A stretch of 32,000 nucleotides of DNA from Tannockella kyphosi (GCF_021054785.1 NZ_CP088239.1:2040001-2072000), one strand, 5' to 3'. Shown: positions 20,798 to 29,646, counted from the first letter of the stretch. Made by a program: numbers and translations. Notes: a model not told the origin generated them from the letters alone.

Positions 20798-21418
20798 ATG
20801 CAAGGAATATTTATTACATTAGAAGGACCTGATGGTAGTGGAAAAACGACAGTTATTCAATTACTAGAAGAAAGATTAAAAAACCAGGGTAGAAACGTAG
20901 TTGTTACTAGAGAACCTGGTGGTATAGATATCGCAGAACAAATAAGAAGGGTTATTCTAGATCCTAAAAATACTGCCATGGAACCAAGAACAGAAGCATT
21001 ATTATATGCTGCAAGTAGAAGACAACATTTAATAGAAAAAGTAAAGCCAGCGATTGAACAGGGTGCAATTGTTTTATGTGATAGATTTGTAGATAGTTCT
21101 TTAGTATATCAAGGAGTAGGACGTAAAATAGGAATAGAAGAAGTATATGATATGAATATGTTTGCTATTGAAGGAATCTTTCCAACAAAAACAATTTTCT
21201 TTGATATACCTTATGAAGTAGGATTACAACGTATTGACAAAAGTGATCGTATTGTAGATCGATTAGATATGGAATCAAATGATTTTCATCATTTAGTGTA
21301 CCAAGGTTATATGACTATTTGTGACAAATATAGCGATCGTATTGAAAAAATTGATGCAAGTAAATCAATAGAAGAAGTATGCCAACAGGCAATGGATATT
21401 ATTGAGAAATATTTATGA
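20798..21418 (+). CDS. tmk: thymidylate kinase
   Basis: 206 aa with P-loop EGPDGSGKTT, a DRF motif (CDRFVDSS), and the lid region. Confidence 0.95.
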   Translation: MQGIFITLEGPDGSGKTTVIQLLEERLKNQGRNVVVTREPGGIDIAEQIRRVILDPKNTAMEPRTEALLYAASRRQHLIEKVKPAIEQGAIVLCDRFVDSSLVYQGVGRKIGIEEVYDMNMFAIEGIFPTKTIFFDIPYEVGLQRIDKSDRIVDRLDMESNDFHHLVYQGYMTICDKYSDRIEKIDASKSIEEVCQQAMDIIEKYL

Positions 21419-22356
21419 TGGATAACATCAAAGAAACACAACCTATTTTATATAATCTTGTATATAACGCAAACAAAGAAAATCGTAGAAATCATGCTTT
21501 TCTTTTATCTGGAACAAACACAAAAGAAGCAGTTCAATTTTTAATAAAATCAATCTTATGTGATCAACTCGTTGCATGTAATGAATGTAATACATGCAAA
21601 AGAGTGGACGAAAAAAAATATAATGATATTATTTATTATGATGGTGATAAGGAATCGATTAAAAAAAGACATATTGATGCAATAAGATCTTCATTTATTG
21701 CAACCTCTTTAGAAGGTAAATCAAAAATATATGTTCTTGAAAATATAGATAAATCATCAAAAGAGGCAATGAATTCATTATTAAAGATGTTAGAAGAACC
21801 AGAAGGGGATACTGTTGCTATTTTTTCAACAAAAAACAAAGCAAGAATATTACCAACTATTGTATCTAGATGTCAGGTTATTGATTTAAAACCAGATAAC
21901 AAACAAATAATAAAAAGCAAACTTGTAATAGAAAATATAGAGTTAGCATATGCTAACCTATTAGCAGAAATAGCTCCTTCTTACAAAGATGGATTAGAAT
22001 TATATGATGAACGTTTTTGTTATATGTACCATGAAGCTTTTGCTACATTACAAGATATGTATACGAATCCAGATAACGTACTTATTAATATACATACTAA
22101 CTTATTAATGAAATATAAAAAGAAAGATGACGTAGCATTATTTTTTGATATATTTGTTGTAGGATTGAAAGACTTATTGAGATTTATTTATGGACAAGAA
22201 CTTGTTTTTGAAAAAGAAAAAGCAAAAATACAAACATGGAATATTGATGAAAATCAAGTGATTGATAGAATTCAAGCTGTATTAATGGCAAAACAAAAAT
22301 TAGGATCGAATATGAATATTGGATTATTAATAGATAGTTTGTTTTACAAACTATAG
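21415..22356 (+). CDS. holB: DNA polymerase III subunit delta-prime
   Basis: 313 aa with a degenerate P-loop (HAFLLSG), a Zn-like CNECNTC, EEP, and SRC (VSRCQV). An ATGA overlap joins it to tmk. Confidence 0.88.
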   Translation: MMDNIKETQPILYNLVYNANKENRRNHAFLLSGTNTKEAVQFLIKSILCDQLVACNECNTCKRVDEKKYNDIIYYDGDKESIKKRHIDAIRSSFIATSLEGKSKIYVLENIDKSSKEAMNSLLKMLEEPEGDTVAIFSTKNKARILPTIVSRCQVIDLKPDNKQIIKSKLVIENIELAYANLLAEIAPSYKDGLELYDERFCYMYHEAFATLQDMYTNPDNVLINIHTNLLMKYKKKDDVALFFDIFVVGLKDLLRFIYGQELVFEKEKAKIQTWNIDENQVIDRIQAVLMAKQKLGSNMNIGLLIDSLFYKL

Positions 22357-22367
22357 AAGGGAGAATT

Positions 22368-23192
22368 ATGGAAAATAAATTAGCAAGTGTACGTTTTAAG
22401 AGTGCAGGAAAATCATATTACTTTTCAACAAGTATCGAACTTGAAAAAGGGGACAAGGTTGTAGTAGAAACAGCTAGAGGAGTAGAACTAGGAGAAATAT
22501 CAAAAGAGTTAGCTAGTTTAGAGGATTTCAATTTAGAAACAGAATTGAAAAAAATTTCTAGGAAAGCAACAGAAGGAGATATTCAAAAATTCAAAAAAAA
22601 TGAAGAAGAGGCAACGGATGCTTTAAAGCTATGTAAAACCATTGTTAAGAAACATAAAGTTGATATGCAACTAACAAACTGCGAATTTACATTAGATAAA
22701 GCAAAAGTTATCTTTATGTATACTTCTTTAGATAGAGTGGACTTTCGAGAATTATTAAAAGAACTTGCAACAGTATTCCGTTGTCGTATTGAATTACGTC
22801 AAATAGGACCAAGAGATAAAGCTAAAATAGTAGGTGGATTAGGTGTTTGTGGAATGCCAATATGTTGTTCATCTATGATGGGCGAGTTTAATGGAGTATC
22901 TATTAATATGGCTAAGAATCAAATGCTAGCAATTAATATTGAAAAGATATCTGGTATGTGTGGAAGATTAATGTGTTGTTTGAAGTTTGAAGATGAAATT
23001 TATAGTATTGAAAAGAAACGTTTCCCTAAACCAGGGGAAAGAATTATTTATGATAAAAAAGAAGTAAAAGTATTAGGATTAAATATTGTGAATGATCTAG
23101 TAAAGATTGATAACCAAGGGGCAATTATATTTGTACCTTTAAATGAAATAAAAAGGAAGAAAGCAAACAAAGATGGAAAAGGAAGTAACTAA
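22368..23192 (+). CDS. ricT: PSP1-domain protein RicT/YaaT
   Basis: 274 aa with a PSP1 C-terminal domain and conserved cysteines (GVCGMPICCSS, GMCGRLMCCLKFE). Located after holB. Confidence 0.88.
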   Translation: MENKLASVRFKSAGKSYYFSTSIELEKGDKVVVETARGVELGEISKELASLEDFNLETELKKISRKATEGDIQKFKKNEEEATDALKLCKTIVKKHKVDMQLTNCEFTLDKAKVIFMYTSLDRVDFRELLKELATVFRCRIELRQIGPRDKAKIVGGLGVCGMPICCSSMMGEFNGVSINMAKNQMLAINIEKISGMCGRLMCCLKFEDEIYSIEKKRFPKPGERIIYDKKEVKVLGLNIVNDLVKIDNQGAIIFVPLNEIKRKKANKDGKGSN

Positions 23193-23907
23193 TTATTTGT
23201 TAGCTCATAATGATATGCAAATTATCCAAAGGAAAGATATGTTTAACTTTTCTTTGGATACTGTTTTATTAGCTAACTTTTGTACATTAAATAAAGATAT
23301 AAAAAGTATTGTTGATTTTGGAACAAACAATGCAGCAATACCACTACTATTATCTAGAAAAACAACAAAAAATATTATTGCAATAGAAATACAAGAAGAA
23401 GCAGTAGAACTTGCAAACAAAAATATTGCATTAAACAATCTTGAACAACAAATACAAATCATCCATAGTGATATTTATGATTATGTAAAAGATGCAAAAA
23501 AGACACAACTAGTTGTTTGTAATCCACCATTTTTTAAAGTGGATGAAAAAAGCAACCTAAATGAAAATACCTACTTACAAATAGCACGACATGAAATAAA
23601 AATAGATTTAGAAGGAATCATTGCAAGTGCTGCTAGAATACTAGATAACAAAGGAAGGTTTGCGATGGTACATCGCCCAGATAGATTAATTGATATTTTC
23701 AATATCATGCAAAAATATGATATTGAACCAAAAAGAGTTCGCTTTGTTTATCCAAAAGTAGGAAAAGAATCACACGTATTATTAATAGAAGGTATGTATA
23801 AAGGAAAAAAAGGACTTAAAATAGAAGCTCCTTTATATGCCCATAATGATGATGGAAGTTATAGTAATGAAGTTAGAAAAATGTTTGGAGAAAAGATCGA
23901 TGAATAG
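23173..23907 (+). CDS. yabB: SAM-dependent N6-adenine methyltransferase, YabB/TrmN6-like (tRNA m6A37)
   Basis: 244 aa with SAM-binding VDFGTNNAAIPL and the catalytic NPPF (VVCNPPFF). It overlaps ricT by 20 nt. Confidence 0.8.
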   Translation: MEKEVTNYLLAHNDMQIIQRKDMFNFSLDTVLLANFCTLNKDIKSIVDFGTNNAAIPLLLSRKTTKNIIAIEIQEEAVELANKNIALNNLEQQIQIIHSDIYDYVKDAKKTQLVVCNPPFFKVDEKSNLNENTYLQIARHEIKIDLEGIIASAARILDNKGRFAMVHRPDRLIDIFNIMQKYDIEPKRVRFVYPKVGKESHVLLIEGMYKGKKGLKIEAPLYAHNDDGSYSNEVRKMFGEKIDE

Positions 23908-24751
23908 ACAAAAAAGTTTTCATAATGATAAAGCTACTTTGTATTTAGTAGCTACCCCTATTGGTAATCTAGAAGAAATAACTTATCGTGCAATCAATGT
24001 TTTAAAAGAAGTAGATTTTATTGCAGCAGAAGATACACGTAATACAGTTAAATTATTAAATCATTTCGAAATACAAACAAAAATGACTTCTCACCATGAA
24101 CATAATTTAGGACAATCAATTCCTAAAGTAATCGGATTATTAAAAGAAGGACATGATATTGCGCTAGTTAGTGATGCAGGATATCCCGCAATATCTGATC
24201 CAGGATATGAACTAGTGAAAGAAGCAATTAAAGAAGAATTTAATGTTGTTCCTGTTAGTGGAGCAAATGCATGTTTAAATGCTTTAGTTGTTTCAGGTAT
24301 AGCACCACAACCTTTTGTATTTTATGGTTTTTTAAATCATTTAGATAAAAAGAAAAAGAAAGAAATTGATGCACTTAAAAATCATACAGAAACGATTGTA
24401 TTTTATGAATCACCACACCGAATCAAAAAGACACTTACTTTATTACAAAGTATTTTAGGAAATCGTTCTATTGCTCTATGTAGAGAAATTACTAAGAAGC
24501 ATGAAGAAGTGATTAGAGGAACAATAGAAGAAGTATTGTCTGTAGTGGATGAATTAAGAGGTGAAATGGTAATTGTAGTAGAAGGGTGTAAGGATGTAGA
24601 AGTAGAGGACACTTTTGATATTTCTATTGAAGAACATATTCAACAATATATTGAAAAAGGAATGACTCCTAAGTCTGCTATTAAAGAAGTTGCAGTATTA
24701 AGAAATTTAAGCAAAAATGAAGTATATGATATTTATCTCAAAAGCAAGTAA
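23900..24751 (+). CDS. rsmI: 16S rRNA (cytidine1402-2'-O)-methyltransferase RsmI
   Basis: I trimmed the start to the ATG at 23900 (MNRQKSFHNDKATLYLVATPIGNLEE), which gives an ATGAATAG overlap with the yabB stop. The tetrapyrrole-methylase fold is present, with SDAGYPAISDPG. Confidence 0.9.
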   Translation: MNRQKSFHNDKATLYLVATPIGNLEEITYRAINVLKEVDFIAAEDTRNTVKLLNHFEIQTKMTSHHEHNLGQSIPKVIGLLKEGHDIALVSDAGYPAISDPGYELVKEAIKEEFNVVPVSGANACLNALVVSGIAPQPFVFYGFLNHLDKKKKKEIDALKNHTETIVFYESPHRIKKTLTLLQSILGNRSIALCREITKKHEEVIRGTIEEVLSVVDELRGEMVIVVEGCKDVEVEDTFDISIEEHIQQYIEKGMTPKSAIKEVAVLRNLSKNEVYDIYLKSK

Positions 24752-24770
24752 ATGATAGCTTGCTTTTTTT
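24741..24770 (+). terminator. intrinsic terminator after rsmI
   Basis: AAAGCAAG-(10-nt loop containing the stop codon)-CTTGCTTT followed by a T-run. Confidence 0.6.
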
Positions 24771-24785
24771 GTTTCACGTGGAACA
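24770..24785. other. parS: parS site 1 (perfect)
   Basis: TGTTTCACGTGGAACA. Its reverse complement TGTTCCACGTGAAACA matches the Bacillus parS consensus TGTTNCACGTGAAACA at 16/16 positions. Confidence 0.85.
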
Positions 24786-24814
24786 AAAAAGAAAACTTGT
24801 TAATAAAATATTTG

Positions 24815-24830
24815 TGTTTCACGTGGAACA
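24815..24830. other. parS: parS site 2 (perfect, direct repeat of site 1)
   Basis: Identical 16-mer. The whole 21-mer tgtttcacgtggaacaaaaaa is duplicated 45 bp downstream of site 1. Confidence 0.85.
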
Positions 24831-24849
24831 AAAAAACTCCATAAAGGAG

Positions 24850-25431
24850 CTATTTTAATAATTTTTCAATCATACCAGAATTACTTAGTTTCTTGTGTAA
24901 TGCTAGATAAAATATGGTTGCTAGTATAATAGATAAAACAGCATTTACGCTAGTTGTAACAAGGTTCATACCAGCTAGAGTAGCAGCAGCTTTTTCAGGA
25001 AGCCCTAAAATAAAGCTTGTATAAAAATAAGAGAAGATGGGTTCACAAATAATATTAAATAACATCCCCATAGTACAAGAAGCAACAACCCCCATTGTTA
25101 AATTCTTACCTTCTTTGGTTTTGATTTTAATAATGCGATGTGCGAAAAACCCACAAACAATCCCAATAAATAATTTTAAAATAATAGTTTTAGGTGCTAC
25201 AGTAATATAGATAGGATCTAATATATCTCCAATTCCCATTCCAATGGATGCGGCAATTCCCCCAGGTACCCCTCCAACAAGTAAAGCTCCTAATAATGCA
25301 AATGTGTTACCTAAATGAAAAGATGTTGTTCCCCCAGCAACAGTAACCTTAACTTGGAAAAAAGTGAAAGCAATGTAAGATAATGCAGCAAGTAAACCAA
25401 CCATTGCAATCTTTAGTGTTTTGTTATTCAT
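24850..25431 (-). CDS. integral membrane protein, ECF-transporter S-component-like (substrate unknown)
   Basis: 193 aa with about 5-6 TM helices and Gly-rich helix faces (GGVPGGIAASIGMGIGD). Its size and architecture fit vitamin-uptake S components. It is the only minus-strand gene right of oriC. A GGAGGGAG SD is present. Confidence 0.5.
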   Translation of the reverse strand: MNNKTLKIAMVGLLAALSYIAFTFFQVKVTVAGGTTSFHLGNTFALLGALLVGGVPGGIAASIGMGIGDILDPIYITVAPKTIILKLFIGIVCGFFAHRIIKIKTKEGKNLTMGVVASCTMGMLFNIICEPIFSYFYTSFILGLPEKAAATLAGMNLVTTSVNAVLSIILATIFYLALHKKLSNSGMIEKLLK

Positions 25432-25544
25432 TTTATATCTCCCTCCGTGAATCTAGAATAACACACAAGTGTACCTTAATAAAAGTACAATTAATGATTA
25501 TTTTATAAGGACAGATAAAAAAGAGACAAAAAAAGAAATGATTA

Positions 25545-25553
25545 TGATATAAT
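25545..25553 (+). promoter_or_regulatory. extended -10 element for yggS-mgsA
   Basis: TGaTATAAT, 20 nt upstream of the ATG at 25573, with AGGAG in between. Confidence 0.4.
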
Positions 25554-25572
25554 AAAAAAAAGGAGATTCAAA

Positions 25573-26223
25573 ATGATTGTAAATAAAATAAAAGTAGAAC
25601 AACTCATAAAAGATGTTTCACCAGTTCAATTAGTAGCAGCGACTAAGTATGTAGGAGTAGAGGAGTTGTATGAACTTGAAAAAGCAGGGATTTGTTGCTT
25701 TGGAGAAAATAGAGTACAAGCTTTATTGGAAAAGTATGATCAGTATCAAGGTAGTGTTCCTTTTTGTATGATTGGAACCTTACAAAAAAACAAAGTAAAA
25801 TACATTATTGATAAAGTATGTATGATTCAATCAATCGATAGTTTATCTTTATTGGAAGTGGTAAATAAAGAAGCAAAGAAAAAAGAACTTATCATGCCTG
25901 TTTTAATTCAAGTGAATATTGCAAAAGAGGAAAGTAAGCATGGTTTTAATCAAGAAGAGTTAAAGGAATTATTTGATCAATTGATAGAATATCCAAATGT
26001 TGTGGTAAAAGGTTTTATGATGATGGCTCCAAATCAAGAGAATGTAAAACATTATTTTGACCAAACAAAAGCATTATTAAATAAATATCAGTTATTATAT
26101 CCAGCTATTCCATTAAAAGAATTATCAATGGGGATGTCTCAAGATTACCAAGAGGCAATCGAAGCAGGAGCAACAATAATAAGATTAGGAAGCGTACTAT
26201 TTAATGAGGAGGAAGAAAAATGA
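25573..26223 (+). CDS. yggS: YggS/YlmE-family PLP-binding (PLP homeostasis) protein
   Basis: 216 aa with the PLP-lysine context VAATKY, then FGENRVQ and HMIG-like [10 protein letters not shown]. Confidence 0.9.
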   Translation: MIVNKIKVEQLIKDVSPVQLVAATKYVGVEELYELEKAGICCFGENRVQALLEKYDQYQGSVPFCMIGTLQKNKVKYIIDKVCMIQSIDSLSLLEVVNKEAKKKELIMPVLIQVNIAKEESKHGFNQEELKELFDQLIEYPNVVVKGFMMMAPNQENVKHYFDQTKALLNKYQLLYPAIPLKELSMGMSQDYQEAIEAGATIIRLGSVLFNEEEEK

Positions 26224-26591
26224 ATGTAGCATTAATAGCACACGATAACAAAAAAGCAGAAATGATTGATTTTGTAACTGAGTATTACGATATTTTAAAA
26301 GAGTACTCTTTGTTTACGACAGGAACAACAGGAAAAAGAATTATGGAGTGTACAGATTTAGAAGTAACTAGAATGTTATCTGGTCCTTATGGTGGAGACC
26401 AACAAATTGGGAATCTTATTGCAATTGGTAAAATGGATATGGTAATATTCTTCCGTGATCCACTAACAGCACAACCACATGAACCTGATATTAGTGCATT
26501 AATGAGACTTTGTGATGTGCATCAAGTCCCACTTGCATCATGTAAATCAGCAGCAATATTATATATGAAAGCATTAGGAACTAAAGAATAG
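26220..26591 (+). CDS. mgsA: methylglyoxal synthase
   Basis: 123 aa with [22 protein letters not shown] and [12 protein letters not shown]. An ATGA overlap joins it to yggS. Confidence 0.92.
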   Translation: MNVALIAHDNKKAEMIDFVTEYYDILKEYSLFTTGTTGKRIMECTDLEVTRMLSGPYGGDQQIGNLIAIGKMDMVIFFRDPLTAQPHEPDISALMRLCDVHQVPLASCKSAAILYMKALGTKE

Positions 26592-26603
26592 TTCCTTTTT
26601 TTT
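26577..26603 (+). terminator. intrinsic terminator after mgsA
   Basis: GGAACT-aaagaat-AGTTCC followed by T8. Confidence 0.65.
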
Positions 26604-26639
26604 CGTGTAAAATTGTAGTATACTGTTACTGGTGATAGA

Positions 26640-27161
26640 ATGAAAGAGATTAAAGAAGTAATTGTAGTAGAAGGTAAAACAGATACTGCTGTGTTACAAC
26701 AATTGTTTCACGTGAAAACAATTGAAACACAAGGACTACAATTAAGTGATAAAACATTAGAATTAATAGTATCTACAAGTAAAGTAAAAGATATCATTGT
26801 TTTAACTGATCCTGATTATCCAGGAAAGAAAATAAGACAACAAATCCAAGATGCTGTTCCAACATGCAAACATGCTTTTGTAGAAAGAAAAGATGCGATA
26901 GGAAAAAAGAAGCTAGGAATAGCAGAAGCTAGAAAAGAAGCAATTATCGAAGCATTGGAAAATGTAGTTCAATTTGATAGTAGTAAAGAAAGTATTACAT
27001 GGAAAGAGTTTCTATCTTTGGATATTATCGGTAATACAAAAAGAAGAGAATCAGTTTATCAAACATTTAACCTAGGGCAAGGAAATGTAAAAACATTATT
27101 TAAAAGATTAAATATGGTAGGTATCACAAAAGAAGATATTGTAAACCAAGTAGGAGAATAA
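26640..27161 (+). CDS. rnmV: ribonuclease M5 (5S rRNA maturase, Toprim)
   Basis: 173 aa with VVEGKTD and the Toprim motif LTDPDYPGKKIR. Located directly upstream of rsmA, as in Bacillus. Confidence 0.88.
   Translation: MKEIKEVIVVEGKTDTAVLQQLFHVKTIETQGLQLSDKTLELIVSTSKVKDIIVLTDPDYPGKKIRQQIQDAVPTCKHAFVERKDAIGKKKLGIAEARKEAIIEALENVVQFDSSKESITWKEFLSLDIIGNTKRRESVYQTFNLGQGNVKTLFKRLNMVGITKEDIVNQVGE
26704..26719. other. degenerate parS-like site inside rnmV (14/16)
   Basis: TGTTTCACGTGAAAAC. One half-site and the CACGTG core are perfect. There are two mismatches at the distal end. Confidence 0.45.
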
Positions 27162-27971
27162 ATGAAAGATATTGCAACAGCATCAACAACTACATATATA
27201 TTAGAAAAGTATAAACTTCAAGCAATGAAGAAGTACGGACAGAACTTCTTAATTGATAGCAATATAGTAGAGAAAATAGTAGCTAGTGGAAATGTTGATA
27301 AAGAAACATGTGTTATTGAAATAGGTCCAGGAATTGGTGCTTTAACGCAAATATTAGCTCGTAATGCAGGACAAGTGATAAGTTATGAAATTGATCAACG
27401 TTTTCAACCAGTCTATGAAGAATTTTTTATAGACCAAAATATAGAAATACGTTTTCAAGATTTTTTAGAAGAAGATATAGAGAAAGTAGTAAGTGAACTA
27501 AAACAACAATATAAAAGAGTATGTGTTGTTGCAAATCTTCCTTATTATATAACTACTAAAATTATTGAGAAGATACTTACTAGTTCTAGTAATGTCGATT
27601 GTATGGTAGTAATGATTCAAAAAGAAGTAGCTGAAAAGTTTACTAGCAAATATAAAAGTCCATTAACTATTATGATGGAAGATATTGGAACATGTACTTA
27701 TGAGTTTACAGTTAGTAAAAATGTCTTTATCCCTAGTCCAAGAGTAGATTCAGCAGTAATGAAAATAGAAGTTGAAAAAGCAATTGACTTAGAACTATAT
27801 CAAGTATTACAAACTTCTTTTGTACAAAGAAGAAAAACAATTTATAATAACTTAAAAACAAACTATACAAATGCGGAAGTTATTTTAGAAAATAGTGGGA
27901 TAGAAAAAACAAAAAGAAGTGAAGAATTAAGTTTAGAAGATTTTAAAAGAATCACCAAAAATTGTATTTAA
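27162..27971 (+). CDS. rsmA: 16S rRNA (adenine1518/1519-N6)-dimethyltransferase RsmA/KsgA
   Basis: 269 aa with KKYGQNFL, EIGPGIGALT and NLPYYI. Confidence 0.93.
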   Translation: MKDIATASTTTYILEKYKLQAMKKYGQNFLIDSNIVEKIVASGNVDKETCVIEIGPGIGALTQILARNAGQVISYEIDQRFQPVYEEFFIDQNIEIRFQDFLEEDIEKVVSELKQQYKRVCVVANLPYYITTKIIEKILTSSSNVDCMVVMIQKEVAEKFTSKYKSPLTIMMEDIGTCTYEFTVSKNVFIPSPRVDSAVMKIEVEKAIDLELYQVLQTSFVQRRKTIYNNLKTNYTNAEVILENSGIEKTKRSEELSLEDFKRITKNCI

Positions 27972-27994
27972 CATATAATAGAATGGTGATATAA

Positions 27995-28738
27995 ATGAAA
28001 ATAGGAGATATTGTTTGCCGTAAGAAATACGGCAAAGATATATGTTTTGAAATAGAAGCAATCCAGGAAGATATTTACTATTTAAGAGGGATAGAATATC
28101 GATTAATAGCAGATAGTACATTAGAAGATTTAGAATTAAGTGAATTTAATCCACAAGATAACGATATTGAAATTGAACAAAACCCTCAAATCAAAGGAAC
28201 TGTCTTACACATTGACGGAGACAATCGATACTTAGAATTATGTTTAAATAAGTATAAAGAATTTAGAGTACATGCTTATGGTTACCATATTCCTGAAAAT
28301 CAAGTAAAAGATAGAATATTAGAATTATTAAAAAAACACAAACCAGATTTATTAGTAATTACAGGGCATGATGCCCTAAAGAAAAGTGGAAATAGAAAAG
28401 ATAGTAGTAGCTATTTGCATTCCTTGGATTACGTAGAAGCAATTAAGGTAGCAAGATCATATGAAGGAAATAAAGATCATTTAATTATTTTTGCAGGAGC
28501 ATGTCAGTCTTACTACGAATTATTGCTAGCAAGTGGAGCAAACTTTGCATCCAGTCCAGACAGAAAAAACATTCATGCATTAGATCCGGTCTATGTAGTA
28601 AGCCAAATCGCAGGAGCTAGTGTTACAAACTATGTAGACTTAGAAAAAATTGTTGCAAAGACATCAAAGAAACATCAAGGTATCGGAGGTATTGATACAA
28701 GGGGTGTTGCAAGAAAAATTTATCCAATAAGTAGGTGA
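27995..28738 (+). CDS. yabG: sporulation-specific protease YabG
   Basis: 247 aa with MKIGDIVCRKKYG..., VLHIDGD, ITGHDA and FAGACQS, all typical of peptidase U57. The Bacillus-like position after rsmA is conserved. Confidence 0.85.
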   Translation: MKIGDIVCRKKYGKDICFEIEAIQEDIYYLRGIEYRLIADSTLEDLELSEFNPQDNDIEIEQNPQIKGTVLHIDGDNRYLELCLNKYKEFRVHAYGYHIPENQVKDRILELLKKHKPDLLVITGHDALKKSGNRKDSSSYLHSLDYVEAIKVARSYEGNKDHLIIFAGACQSYYELLLASGANFASSPDRKNIHALDPVYVVSQIAGASVTNYVDLEKIVAKTSKKHQGIGGIDTRGVARKIYPISR

Positions 28739-28743
28739 AAGAA

Positions 28744-29595
28744 ATGAAGATTAGAGCTTATGCAAAAGTAAATTTAGCGTTAGATGTAGTGAGAAAAAGA
28801 GAGGATGGTTATCATGATTTAGAAATGATAATGGCTCCTATTGAACTACATGACTTGTTGTATGTCGATAAAATACAAGAAGGTATCATTGTTGAATCTA
28901 GTAATCCAACAATACCAACAGATCAAAGGAATATTGCTTATCAAGTGGCTAGTTTGATGATAGAGAGATATCAAATAAATGGTGGTGTTAAAATTTTTAT
29001 CTATAAACATATACCTAGTCAAGCTGGTTTAGCAGGTGGTAGTGCAGATGGTGCAGCAGTTATCAAAGCGATTAATTATTTGTATCATTTAGGACTTAGT
29101 TATCGTGATATGGCAGAGCTGGGAAAAGAAGTAGGTGCAGATATTCCATTTTGTATTTATGAAAGATTAGCTCTAGTAAAGGGGATTGGAGAGAAGTTAA
29201 ATTTTATCCAAAATAACTTTGAAGCATACTTATTATTAGTGAAACCTAAAAAAGGGGTATCAACTAAAAAAGCTTTTGAAACATTAAATATAGAAAAAGC
29301 AATTCATCATGATTGTATGACAATGAAAAAAGCATTAGAAGAAGATAATTATCCTGTGGTTGTTAGTCAACTACAGAACACATTAGAACTACCTTCGATA
29401 GGGATGGTTCCAGAAATAGAAGAAATAAAAAAGGAAATAATCGAGCTAGGATTCGATGGTGCATTGATGTCTGGAAGCGGTTCCTGTGTGTTTGGTATTA
29501 CTAGAGATGAACAAATATTAGAGACAGGATTAAAACATTTTAAAAACAAATATTATTTTGTAAGAAAAACAAAGCTCTTACAAAAGGAAAAGTAA
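28744..29595 (+). CDS. ispE: 4-diphosphocytidyl-2-C-methyl-D-erythritol kinase
   Basis: GHMP kinase with AKVNLALDV and IPSQAGLAGGSADGAA. I chose the ATG at 28744 (AGGTGA 5 nt upstream) over the track's GTG at 28735. Confidence 0.9.
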   Translation: MKIRAYAKVNLALDVVRKREDGYHDLEMIMAPIELHDLLYVDKIQEGIIVESSNPTIPTDQRNIAYQVASLMIERYQINGGVKIFIYKHIPSQAGLAGGSADGAAVIKAINYLYHLGLSYRDMAELGKEVGADIPFCIYERLALVKGIGEKLNFIQNNFEAYLLLVKPKKGVSTKKAFETLNIEKAIHHDCMTMKKALEEDNYPVVVSQLQNTLELPSIGMVPEIEEIKKEIIELGFDGALMSGSGSCVFGITRDEQILETGLKHFKNKYYFVRKTKLLQKEK

Positions 29596-29616
29596 GGCAA
29601 AAATCTAGTAAAAAAA

Positions 29617-29646
29617 AGAAAAAACAAAGGTTTTATCTTTTTTTTA
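29617..29646 (+). terminator. weak AT-rich hairpin plus T-tract after ispE
   Basis: AAGAAAAAAC-aaag-GTTTTATCTT (9 of 10 bp paired) followed by T6. The stem has low stability. Confidence 0.3.

Noticed and set aside
22353-24589. TAGAAGGG occurring twice on the plus strand (about 22354 and about 24581), one mismatch from the B. subtilis SpoIIIE/FtsK recognition sequence GAGAAGGG.
   Set aside because: Two one-off 8-mers in 32 kb cannot support a polarity-motif claim without genome-wide strand-skew statistics.
24752-24844. A 30-codon ORF (MIACFFCFTWNKKENLLIKYLCFTWNKKTP) starting right after the rsmI stop. It has an in-frame repeated CFTWNKK motif and could pass for a repeat-containing small peptide.
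   Set aside because: The repeat is simply the two parS copies, which happen to be 45 nt (15 codons) apart. There is no SD. The rsmI terminator hairpin and T-tract cover the first 19 nt. The third motif copy in rnmV is read in a different frame, so the signal is at the DNA level.
25432-25572. Looked for a riboswitch (preQ1, THI-box, FMN and others) in the leader of the S-component-like gene.
   Set aside because: The leader left after placing a plausible promoter is only a few tens of nt. I could not recognise any conserved riboswitch core.
27972-27980. CATATAATA upstream of yabG, resembling a sigma-K -10 element (CATAnnnTA). yabG is sigma-K dependent in B. subtilis.
   Set aside because: It lies only 14 nt from the ATG. 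A transcript starting about 7 nt downstream would begin inside the GGTGA ribosome-binding site. A match in AT-rich DNA is weak evidence.
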